In this document: piece by piece, positions 1 through 11,884 of the stretch
Layout: each line of letters begins with the position of its first letter
Position numbering within the stretch: position 1 is the first letter of the stretch
NCBI RefSeq assembly: GCF_002105155.1
Contig: NW_019029000.1
Location: 124,001-188,000 of the forward strand
Origin: Lobosporangium transversale
Lineage: Eukaryota
Length of the DNA: 64,000 bases
Reading direction: 5' to 3'
Notes under the pieces: generated by a model
What the model saw: the letters and a program-made list of their open reading frames with translations, nothing else
The model's database searches: none
Told to the model about the DNA's origin: nothing
Made by a program: the position numbers and the translations under genes

Positions 1-843
1 GTACGGGCATAGTCCAAAGAGTAGACGAAGAGGAGAGAGCAGGCACCAGCAGCACCACCGGAGGCGATGTTACCAGCGAACCACTTGGCATAACCATCCT
101 TCTCCTTCTTGAAGTTGAACATGGCCTTGAAGTAATCCTTGAAGGCGAAGTTCAAAGCCTGGGTAGGGAAGTAACGGATGACGTTGGCAGTGTTACCTCT
201 CCAGAGGGGGGAGATACCCTCATCAGCGACAACGCGACGGAAGCAGTCGGTGATGCCCTTGTAGGGGTGGGAGAGACGACCAGACTTGAGCATCTCATCC
301 TGATTCTGGAGGAGAAGCTTGATACGCTCAATAGGGGCAGCAGCGGTCTTGGAGACAGCGGCAGAGACACCTCCCTAGAAATAAGATATTGGGAAATCAG
401 GTAACCATGAGTCAGTCATCATTGGATTCATAAAGGTTGAAGTATTCTTCTAAAGTTATGAGAACTAGATGAACTCATCCGGATTGGTGAAAAAAGGATC
501 ATTAAACAACGATGAGATGAAACGAGATTGGAAACACTCGATCCATATAATTAAGAATAGTGGACAAGTTGTTGTCTGCTTCAGTTTTGATCACTTTATG
601 ATCTGAGATCACAGATCGGAAGTCGGACCATGCGGAAGAAAAAAAAAAAAAATACACTTGGATGATGACAATTGACGACGATGAAGGTGCTGATCAGGAT
701 GATGAGACTCGCTCTCTTTTCCTTTTGTTTGCAGGTATAAAGACAGGAACAGTTAGAGATATTCGTATCAGCATGGCACTCACCATGAGGAAATCGGCAG
801 CGAAAGCCTTGGCGTCCTTCTTGGGCTTCTGAGGGGAAGACAT
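1..843 (-). CDS. AAC: Mitochondrial ADP/ATP carrier, runs off the window start; intron 375-783
   Basis: Exon 1 [26 protein letters not shown]. Exon 2 from 374 reads [28 protein letters not shown]...[24 protein letters not shown], diagnostic of ANT/AAC. Confidence 0.97.
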
Positions 844-1234
844 GTTTATGAAGAGTGGGGAGAGAGAAAGAAAAGAGAAGGAGCAGACCTGTTCCGGGTG
901 GATGATTGTATTTATGGACACCTGTCTCTTGGTGTAAACAACAAGTAGAAAGTCCGACAAACTAGTCTAAATCCCCTGTATTGCGATTTCGATGTCGTGC
1001 TGAGATCTTAAGCTGAAAAGCAAAAATTTTCAGCCAAGCCACTGATACTAGGTCATATCACGTGCCAGTCATATTTGGCAATAAAGCTGTTGTCCAATGA
1101 TTTCCAGTTTTGTTTGTTGTAGACATTAAGAAAGCCAATGTTTTCGCTCATGTGAGTGTTTAAAATAACAGCCTCTTTCTCGTTTTGGTACCAGATTCAT
1201 ACCGCTATATACGCTATACCGGCATCCGATAACC

Positions 1235-4076
1235 ATGGCCTCTTCAGACGCGGCAGAAACAACTGCAAATGCAGCTCTGTTAGAGGCTGCGCCACCTTCG
1301 CTTCTTGCGCTCCAGCAAACGACAAATGAGAATGTGAGGAATCTTAAGCGCAAAGTCATTAGTGTCACTAAGCTTATGGAAGTCTTTAAGAATAAGGAGA
1401 AAGGTAGCGCTTGATCTTAACCTCTACGTATTGTGTCCTCGTAGGGTTTGAAAGGGCATGGACTTTTTATAATCTAACTGTAATTTGTGGTAAACCTTTC
1501 TATAGAAACGGCATTATTGAAGCAGCAACTAGAAGATGCTCAAAAGGAGATCAAAGCGCTACAGGGGAAACCCAGCAGCGATACATCAACCGAAATGGAA
1601 ACTGAGATGCTAGGCGGCTTTGCTGAAAAGCAAGCTCAGCTAACAGAGCAAGCAAAGATAGAGGTAGAACAGGCTAAAGCAAAACAGAAGCTAGCCGAGG
1701 AAAGTCTTGCGAGACAAACGCAGAAACTTCGAGCTATCGAGATGCTCAATACGCAATTGGAAGCAAAAGGAATTAATTTCGACAAGATTAAAGGAGAAAT
1801 GACTGAGCTTCAAAAAAAACTAACCAGCGCACAAAAAGAATTAGAACAGGTTAGCCGGAGAAGGTAGATATAATTAATTCACGATGTTAATTTTATGAAA
1901 CCTGTGTTGCATACGCAGCGATATAGCGAGTTACATGTTATTGACCGTTCAGTCGCTCATCCCATGATTACGTATAGCAAACAAGAGTCATCTGAACTTC
2001 GCGCGAAACTCATGAAAGCAGAAGCAGATATGGGGAATAGGCATGAGTGGCTTTCACAGCAAAAAGAGCGCTGGGAGAGAGAGGAGGAAAGTAAACGTGG
2101 TAACCAAACGAAGGAGTTGCAGCAGCGGATCAATGAGCTGGAGCAACAGCTAGAAGATAGCGGTACAGAACGCTATCTAGAAATAGAAATGGCAAAAGAA
2201 GAGCGAAAAAATTCCGAAGACAAGCTGAGGAATGCTAATGAAAAGCTGGATGATGCCAACTCAAAAATCAAATCCCTTCAACACACTATCATGGAACTTC
2301 GACTTAAGAATAGCACTCTCGAGCGCAAAATCGATACGTTAGAGCATGAAGTCAATACTCAAACACTTAATAACACAGAAGTAGAAGAGTTCGAAGAGAT
2401 AGTCCCTGATTCAATATCCGCCCGAACCCCAGTGGCTAAAAAAGTAGATCGACCAACCATACATCCTACTATGCAATCAATGTCACTGAGCAATTTATCA
2501 AGAGATCGTCTGGACCATGCTTTGAGCGTCATTGATGACCTCAAGTCGCAGCTTACGCTCGTTCGTTTGTTTTCAGATGGTCAAAATCATAAGCAAGGAT
2601 TGGTGGCCTTGACAGAGCAGGTCAAGATATTAACCAAAGAAAAGCAGGCGCTGCAGGACGAACTCACACGTCGACTTTTAGATTTTAACAATCAACGCTC
2701 TTCAGGGTCTTCTATCCAATCGGCCTCTGTGCTCTCTCACCAAATGACCAAACATCCCAGCAGGCTAGATGAAGCCAAGACGCCAACCTCTGCTGATACT
2801 ATTGCTCGAACTAATTCTGCACTACCCAAAAAGACAGCTAGAAAGCGGAAACAAACAGAAAATATTACAAATTACGATACCCATCCAGCTGCAGACTCCT
2901 CTTTGAGTCCGATGGACCAAAACTTCAACATGGATGACATCGACACTATTACAGGTGGGGGCTCCCCAAGCTCTTCCTTGATAGATTCAAATATCAAGAA
3001 GAGAAGTCGGAGCTCTGAACCATCCGTTGTTCCTACATCCGGTACAAAGCCTAAGAAAGCAAGAGCGGGTAGAAAGGCCACGAAGACTACTTCAACTGAC
3101 CTTTCTCACATTCAAATCAGAAACATCTCTGTCAACCCTGTGACACCATCCATCGCTGTACCTCGTCATTGTAAGTATCTGCTCCTAACAGCTTGAATAT
3201 CTTTTACAAGAAGGCGTAGTAGAGATTATCTAAACTATATTTTTGTGTCATCTGACGCGCATAGATTTCTCGTTGCTGATGAACTCTGCTATCGTGGATG
3301 ATAGCCAGCCTTATACTAAACTCGAAGCGATTGCAAGAATTCTACCAGAGAAATTAAGTGACTTTTTCGAAACCGTGCAGTCAAAAGCGAAGGATATAAT
3401 CGCGACCGTCTCTGGGTATCGAAGAGAGCTTGATATCATGCAGGATTCAACCAGATCATGGGAGCTAGATGGCTTCGAGCCCATTGTGATAACAGAGTCT
3501 CTTCACCTATCAGAAGTATATATAGTCCAGCTAGTGTGTCTTCTTCAAGCTCGCTTTAGCGAGGTAAGTCTTTCAAAATATGTTATTAAATTGCAAAGAC
3601 TATACTGAAAACTCACCGATATGCATAATCTTTTGAATATAATAGATAGATATTCTGCACAAATTTTTTATAACTATGGGTGAGTTCATCCTGAAAAGCG
3701 TACAGATCGATGAAGAAGCAGAGCGTATGAGGTATGCATAGTTTAACCTGGCATCAAAATGAATGCATTTTTTCAAGGGTGTACCATGCAGTAGTTTCTA
3801 ATTTCGACTTTTTGTATTCCTAGCGTGCTAATTCGGATCGTTACAGGCGTCGCTAGGGCGCAGGACGATATCGAGTCAATACGAATTATTGCTTACGACA
3901 TCTTGCGCGAGATACCCAAAGCTAGGCCCTCACTTGTACTCTGTGAGTCGATTGCAAGTGTCTGGCCATCCGTCTTTAAGCCTCCTCCTAACTCTAAAGA
4001 ACATGGTAATGACTCTAACTAAATATGTAGCCCTCATTTCTGTTTCATTTGTGGAATTGAGTCATTAATTTTTTTA

Positions 4077-4118
<42 letters not shown>

Positions 4119-4838
4119 CGTAGACCTTGAATGGCTCATGTTAAAGGCTTTCCAAGCTGTTCTTGGTACACATCAAGAGGCCATAAAAAGCATAGAGGTA
4201 GATATTGAGCTTTTTGTATGGCATCTTTGTCGATTATGCTATTAGTATATCTGATCATGAGTATACTGCTTAACAATTGTTAGATACCTTTTGGATATGA
4301 CACCTTCACGAGAAAGTGCAGCTGGCCTGCGCTTGCTGATGCTCCGTTTATTGATGAACTTGTGAATGCAATGATGAGTGAGCTAAAAGGACCAACATTT
4401 ACTGAGAATTGTCGAGCATGTCCCAGGTACGAATTCTCGTTTAGAAAGGCTCTTGAATTGCTTCTTGTGCATGGGTACGAAGGAGTTGAAATTTTCAACG
4501 ATTTTATCAAACCGTATTTCTTGAAGATGATGATCGATGAATCACTGCACACGTTTGCGATGCCACTTGTGGCTGCTTTATTGCATGAGGCACGGTTCGG
4601 GTCTCCGGAAGACAATCGGATGAATCCTGTTGTGGATGTGTCCTCTATACGAAACTTACTTGAGGCCATTTTAGTTTCCGAAGCTCAATTGAGCCACCAG
4701 TCACAGTCAGCCATGGCTATTATTGGGTTGAGTAGCGGACAAGAAGAGCATCTATCGAAAGCGAAGGCGTGGCACAATAACTTGAGCAAGGATGAGAGGG
4801 CAGGCCTTCCTCTTCTGCTTCAAGAAGTCTTACTGTAA
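1235..4838 (+). CDS. Large multi-exon protein: N-terminal coiled coil, disordered middle, C-terminal helical domain (possibly ICE1-like)
   Basis: ATG at 1235 (MASSDAAETT). ORFs 1487-1867, 1895-3196, 3243-3608, 3825-4022 and 4362-4838 are linked by GT..AG introns. Divergent from AAC. Confidence 0.75.
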
Positions 4839-4946
4839 TAGTTTATTAAGTCAAATTCTAGTACGTCCATTAAAAGCCAAATAATGTTTCATAGTTTTAC
4901 GTAGAGACATCGAGATAGGGAAAAATAAGTGAGCAAGCGTCAAGCG

Positions 4947-4980
<34 letters not shown>

Positions 4981-5089
4981 CCAGTTTTTCCTTTGAATAA
5001 GAGGAATGAGAGGAATGGGGAAATGAGTGCATGAAGAATTGAACAAATAGCAGTGTTAATCTGATCAGATCGCTTTTAGAGCGCGCCGC

Positions 5090-8000
5090 GCGCGTGTAAC
5101 TGAAGATCTTTTTTTTACTTTTCAGTTAGATGGTTCCAGTTCGTGCCTGCTTCTTTTTTATTTATTTTATTATACATCATACATCATTGCCATTTATTAC
5201 GATCACTACTACTTGCAACACTTACTCGTACTCACAAATATCTTCGCAACCTCCTCAATAATACAAAGCAGCCTATCAACATGCCCCGCGGAAATGCTAT
5301 CGCTTCTTCATCTTCTGGCAATGCTGCCTCTTCATTAGCAAACGCAGGTCCAAGCGGCGCCTTCTTTGAATTTAGCGTGAAGCAAGGGAAAGAAGGAAGA
5401 AGCGGCTATACATGAAAGGCTAAGAAAGCCAGAGATGAAGGAGAAAAAAGGAGAGAGATCCATGAGGGCAAAAAAAGGGCCTGTTCTGTAGACGTCCATG
5501 ATGTCGCCGATGAACAGACCCCTCGTAAGTAGGTCTATTCCCAAGACACGATGATCGGTGCAGCAACAGCTAGCTCTTCCAGCTATCTGAGGAAACAGCA
5601 GAACAGAGAAATACATAAATGTAAGAATATAATAGATGTTCTGCAACGCAAGAACTGCAGCGTTGATGCAAAGAAAATGCTAAAGTTTTTCGAGGAGGTT
5701 GCTTTCAAACGGACAGTTAAGAAATATATCGATCCAAACGCAGGATTCAGTGACGCCGTTGGAAAGGCTCCATCACAAGCAGCCAAGTCAGTGTTGCAGG
5801 GCAAGCTGACTCGTGAAAGCATGAGGAAACCGAAGGCTTGGAAAGCAGAAACAGAAGAGAGTACTTTTCAAGATGTCGTCCATGAGCTGGAGCAAAATCA
5901 TAGTCAACATGATTCACAGCCTTATGGGACTTTGGTCTTTGAGGAGGTTGAGGAAGCCTTCCAAGATGACAAAGACGATGCAGGAAGCGAAGACGAGGAA
6001 CACAATCATTCGCAACCGCCTGAAGAAGAGGCTCTCATGTCTGCTGAACCTCAAGCCCTAATGGTCTTCTCCATTGCGGAAAGAACACAAGATAAATCTA
6101 GTGTAACCAGTAACCATGTAACCAAAACAACCTTGTACAAAGCTGCAGTTCATTCCTTATTGGTAGTCTGACTCTTCATTTTAACCCAAATTTAGTTCTC
6201 CCGCATCTGCAAACTGATGAGACTGGCCGAAAATTCATCTATGCGCCTATCTCGATAGAGACGGTGGATTGTGCCAGGAAGGCGTTAATTTACCTCTTCA
6301 GGGAACAAGCGTCATTAAAGGTAGAATGGCCAAACCCTGCACCTCATCCGCGCAAGAATATTCCGCTGAAGGAGGCTATCGAAGAATGCGAGGGAAACCA
6401 GTGTATGACACCTCATACCAGGGGTCGACGTGCACTGATACCTGTTCCATTCGCGACCCCTATAATGAGAAGTAGTTCATTCGGATGGCCCTCCATACGT
6501 GGAGTATGAAGCTAATGCTGCGACTAAAAGGGAAGGTAGATTTCAGTATATGCGTGAGCGCCTTTGTATCTTGGCACGCCACCATATGCTGTTGCGAGAT
6601 GAAGATATTCGCAATCTTAACCTGTCTGATGTGTCCAGTATTATGTCTTCTCACCCGGCAAGTGGATCCCAACCAGCTCTCGGACTTATGTTTTGCATAT
6701 CTCGTGGCAAAACATATAAAAAAGGCGTTAAGCTTTATGCGACCGCCCTTCGCCATACTTATAATAGCTGGATAAGGGGGATGTCCCAAACTTCACCGAT
6801 CCTGACGATCGGTACAACATAAAGCTTTTGGTCGCGGCCAGTACGATCGAGAGGCGCAACGCACGCCTTCGCAAGAATGCTGTTGCACCAAAGACTCAAA
6901 TTGATGCCACAGCTTCTGTGATGCGAACCTGTGATGTCTATTCGACCAAGGTCACTCACGCCGGTCGACATGCAGGGACATCAGATGCGTACCGTCTGGG
7001 TTTAGGCTCGGAGCATATCCATCACCTTGGGCGTTGGGTGATAGGGCAGATGGAGAGTTTCTGTGCTTCAAAGAACCCCACCACGGGTGCGTTTTATATG
7101 TCTCATTTCAACAAAGAGCATTAGCCCTATACCCTTGAGCGTAACCTCATTATCCCTGACCTAGAGTTGCAGGGAAAAATTTTCCCTTAGATCGAAGGAA
7201 ACTTTAACAGCAGCGCTAGAGAGAATGAGGAATGAGTTAAGGATTGTGACGATGCTATGACGGATGTAAACCCAGATCTCATCACGGAAGATGAGCTGCA
7301 TTGGGGAGGCTGGCAGGAGCGTATGCGCCATTCGACAGCGGCTAGAGATCAGGATGAAGAAACTACGGGGAGCACCGCCGCAACGACCAATAGGCTCATG
7401 AATAGTGCAATGATTGATCGACGAGCTTTCCTACTATTACTGGTACGAATGAGGAGAGTTATCCTCCAAGACACTGTGCTGTACCTGAAGCCTGACAGTA
7501 AAGGAAGGACTTTGCGCAATAGACTTTTGGAATCACTTTCAAATATCTTTGAGAGTCAGCTGTTCCTAGACTTTCAGGCAGTACTCCTTCGCGCAATTGA
7601 AGTCCACCAGCAGAATGCCAATGTCGTCAATCCAATGGTCCCAGTTGCCAAACATGTGGTCTCCAACGCGCTAAACAACCTCAGCCACAAGAATGCATCT
7701 CTTGAAGCAGCAATTGCTCGACAAGGGGCGCAAATGGCACAGCAAGAGGCACAGCAAAGGATACAGTTGTCTGTCATGAGCTCAGAGCTTGCGACACTAA
7801 AGCAGCAAATGGAAATATTGATACATTTATTGTAAAACCCGTCAGCTCGTCAAGCTCCAACGCATCCCTTGAATCCAGCCGGTCTTCCTGGCCCATACCC
7901 TCATACTGTGCCAAGCTACCCTGCTCTGCATGGAGGCCCTCAACAGCAGTCGCTTGCAATGCGCCCCCCACAGGCACTTCAACAGCACTCACCACTGGCC

Positions 8001-8837
8001 CAGGCACCTTTACAATGCTTCCAAAGAGCGCCGGAGTCACCGCACCGTTCGTTCCCAGGCTCCGGCTCATCAAGCGCCACTTTCAAACTGAAAGCAGACC
8101 GTGGGAAGCTCACGGTGGCAGATGTATGGGAGGGGTTTCATGGACCTCTTGCGGCATTTAAGAGATTGAACCCGAGTTGGCCAATAAGTACATCAGACCA
8201 AAGGCCTACAATCGACGATATGAGCTGATTAGGCCGATCAACGAAGCAGCGTGAAGGGAGGCCGCAAGGCCGAATACATTGTTGCTAAGTGATCCAAAGC
8301 AAATGCCGGGGAGACTATTAACTCGTTGTTGATATCTATGAAAACTAAAGAGCATGAGGATCCTGAAGATGACCAAGAATAAATGACGATATATTTCCCA
8401 AGTAGGTAACTCATATAGAAGCATGTACGATAGTGACTCCAACATATATATATTAGAATAATAAAGGCTTTAATTGATTTGCAGAAAAAGAAAGTTGGTA
8501 CGTTTGTGAGTCGCGCGTTTGTGATCCGTTTGTTGTTCGGTAACGGCTTCACGCGCTTTCTCCTCATTTCCGTCGAGAGAATAAATGGCGAATAGTAGTA
8601 TAGAGTATAAAACAATGGAATATTAGATTAGACTAACTTGATTACATGTGTTCTGTAAAGAGTTAGATGTATATATACCAGAACAGAGGTAGCTGAAATA
8701 TCAGTTATTGAAAAGGAAAGAACATACTAAATTTTACGCATTTTGCAGTTTCTATAGTTTAACTTTACGCACTTTGACTTAAATATACGCCAAATTGGTT
8801 ACACAAACAAGGCAGAGAGCACCTGTCTTACACGCGC
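5090..8837 (+). mobile_element. Degenerate Crypton (tyrosine recombinase, Ndc10-like) element
   Basis: Fragments ARHHMLLRDEDIRNLNLSD, ISRGKTYKKG..ATALRH and KVTHAGRHAG..LGRW, then a GCR1_C-like TVADVWEGFHGP near 8110. Several stops and frameshifts. Ends inferred from the 10-bp inverted repeat GCGCGTGTAA (5090-5099) / TTACACGCGC (8828-8837). Confidence 0.85.
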
Positions 8838-9390
8838 ACGCGCCTGCCAATTACGCCCTTAAATAGCTGAAGCTTATTTTTATGTCTTAACTGTATGTGG
8901 GCCGAAGGACTGTGAACCATCATTGCTTGCTGTCCAACCATGTGTATAGTCCGGCTCTAGAAATAGTTGCATTCGCCAGCACTATATTCACTTGTATTAA
9001 TGTACGCACCTTCTAGGAAAAAGTCCTTTCTGTAGACAGATGTGCAGTTATGTTTTTGATATGTCTAATAAATCTACATGCTCGTGGGTCCTTGTTTTCA
9101 ACTTCAATAAATACCCCCATGGCTGTGGTGTGTGAACCCACAGCTTATTCTCATATACTGATTTTTTTTTTCTCATAATATGAGATGCAGTTTTGATATT
9201 ATTTTTGCCAATGCCATTCTCTCTGGGGGTAGGGAGTGGTGGTCATTTGATTGACAAACTCTTTACCGGAATACATCAGATTGGATGTCACGGAAAAAAT
9301 CTCTCCTTTCTCAATCTACTCCCACGCTCACACTCGTGCCCTCCTTTATATTAATCTCCACCATAATTACAACGCCGAATACTATTTAAA

Positions 9391-10260
9391 ATGGAAGTCG
9401 TAGATGTGTTTCCGTTTTTCGAGGAAATGGAGGTGCCTACAACTGAGGTTGACATGTCTTACGTCTGGAGTGTTGAAGACGATATGCTTAATTTTTACTT
9501 CTCTTACGTCCGCTTGAGTCATATGTGGCTCACTTTTGCGAGCTTTCGTCGATCTCGAAATGAAAATCATCCTCTTGTACTCCAAACCCTGGCTAGCAAG
9601 ATCCACAAGAAACTTCTAGAGACATTCTCCCAAGATACCAAGGCAGTTCTATATTTCGATAGCTCGTCCACAATCCAAAAGACAAAGGCGAGAAATGTAA
9701 GAATGGAGCGCAACCAAAAGACAAGCAAGCGTTCAAGGACTTATCTCAAAAGGTCTTTCATTTGCTGGAATCCAGAGGCGACAACCTGAATCAGAGGACC
9801 CGAAAACGCAAGCTTCTTCGGCTAAACCAATGCACTAAGAAAAGTTGGTCTGCAGCAAGAATAATCGATCCAGATATCAACCTAGACCCCTTTAGAGCTA
9901 AAACAATTGGGATGGACCATTTGCTGCTGATAGAGAGAAGCTGACGTTTGTATTGGCCGCAAGGCTGTACTGGATCCCGGTATGGTTGTTGCTGCATCTG
10001 CTGAGTTTGACTTGTTGTTTTATGATCTGAGAGCCCTCCTAAGGAAGAATCCAAGAAGGGCACCTATACGGAATTCAAGATAGACAACATACTGCAACCG
10101 CTTGATGCCAATCGACATCAATGGGTTGTGGTGGCTATGCAACAAATAAACGATTATACAAATCACGTCCCAGCCAAGTCATTTTCAAAAATTTGGCTGC
10201 AGTAAGAGAGTGCAAACATGTTGACGATCCATACAAAATATAATTCCAGTATTGCGCCCA

Positions 10261-10293
<33 letters not shown>

Positions 10294-11565
10294 CGAGAGT
10301 CGAAAGCGAGATTGAGACGAAGAGGGTTATAGTTGCAAGCGCTACGAATAAAGTCACGACGGCTGACAATACATCAACGTTGGCAATCATCATGCCTATA
10401 AAGACTAAAACCTTTCGGACTTCTGGTAAAAGGCTTGTACCAGGGATTTTAATGCCCCAGAATTAATTCAAGTCCAAAAACCTGTGCCGGTTTCCAAGTT
10501 GAAGAAACGAAAGGTTAACATTTCAGAAGATAAAGGTGACTCAAACAAGATACAAAAGATTACTGATCAAAGACAACCGAAAAAGTCGAAGGCGGTTCAA
10601 AAATCGAGTACAAAGAAAGTTATGTGAAACAAGGCTTCAAGAATGGTATGTCAGCAGCAAGTTACCGAAGGCCAGAGCGCTGGAAACGCCAATGGCAAAA
10701 AGGGGTACTGAAGAATATAGTCGGAGACGTGATAAATAAGTATTTCAAGGCCGTTACCTTAAGCATCGGTACACTTACTCCATGTCCCCAGCGCTCTGCA
10801 GAATTTGTCCTTTTTCAAAGGTTGTCACAATCGGAACAGTCAACGACTGGCCACGATATTAAGGTACCAAAAGAAGCTCCAACAATTTGAGACGACTGAG
10901 GGTATAATGGGTATTGATGGTATACAAGCAAGAACTCCACAGACTCTGCCAACTCAAAGGAAGGGGGATTGAGTTAACAATTCAAAGTGCTCAAACATTC
11001 CTATAACAGCCATCTAATTCCCGTTGCCTCCATTGATGAACACCTAAGATCATTCTATGGGTTGTCAGAGTCTAAAGTCGAAAGGTACAGGAAGGATTAA
11101 GGAGAGAAGGCAGAAGATGGACGATCGATAGGTGGGATGTTGAAGGTCGTCCAAGGAAAAGCAAAAGTAGATAAGAGAGTGGTGATTTCAAGGGAAGAAA
11201 AGATGTGGGTGAAGGTGAAAAAGTTTATTTATTTATTTATTTATTATGGCTCAATTTGTTTACCTATATTCAAATTACTTCTATATCTAGGCTGCGGGCA
11301 AGGAATGTTTGTCTGCCATGTAGACAAGTTCAGGGCATCGGTAATTTGTTGCACTTGCCATAAAGGAATGAAGGCAAAAGGCCGATCTGTTATTTGCCCA
11401 AACGACACAAGTCCATGGCATGGCAAGAAAGGTTTTCAGCGCGATCGTGACGACAATGCTGGCCAGAATATGGCCAATGAAGCCTTTCAGTGGGTAAAAG
11501 AATCTCAATGGCTGATCGTGCTGAATCCAGAGCTTGCAAAAAGCAAGGAGTGTTATGTGGAATAA
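9391..11565 (+). pseudogene. Degenerate gene with XPG/FEN1-like PIN nuclease motifs followed by Fanzor/TnpB-like RuvC-zinc-finger motifs
   Basis: N-terminal MEVVDVFPFF and VLYFDSSSTIQKTKARNVR; GWTICC**READVCIG...VVAASAEFDLLFY (EAD at 9937-9945); H3TH-like QWVVVA..NDYTNHVP (~10120-10170). C-terminal HLRSFYG..KAE and VCHVDKFRASVICCTCH..RSVICP..RDRDDNAGQNMA. Confidence 0.75.
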
Positions 11566-11884
11566 CGCAAATCATTATGTCTCTGAAGCGAGTTCTCTCA
11601 TTTTTTGTCCGATTCGAAGTACATGCATGTATCATACTGTTTTAAATATTAATTGGATGTAACCTTAATTCAAAGTCACAACGCGTTACAACCATTTTTA
11701 GTGGCGTGACTAAATGAACCGGACTTTGTGTCAAGCCTTACCTAGAATTGTCTACAAGACTGGTGGCAAAAATAAAAATGTTCTTCATGCTCTTCATCCT
11801 TTTCGTGCCATTCCCATTCCTTTACACTTCCACCCCCTCACATTATTATCCTTACTATTATCAACAGAGCAAGTTGCTGTGACC

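Noticed and set aside
375..783. Possible box C/D snoRNA in the AAC intron (RTGATGA and CTGA words)
   Set aside because: The boxes are on the wrong strand or too closely spaced, and there is no terminal stem.
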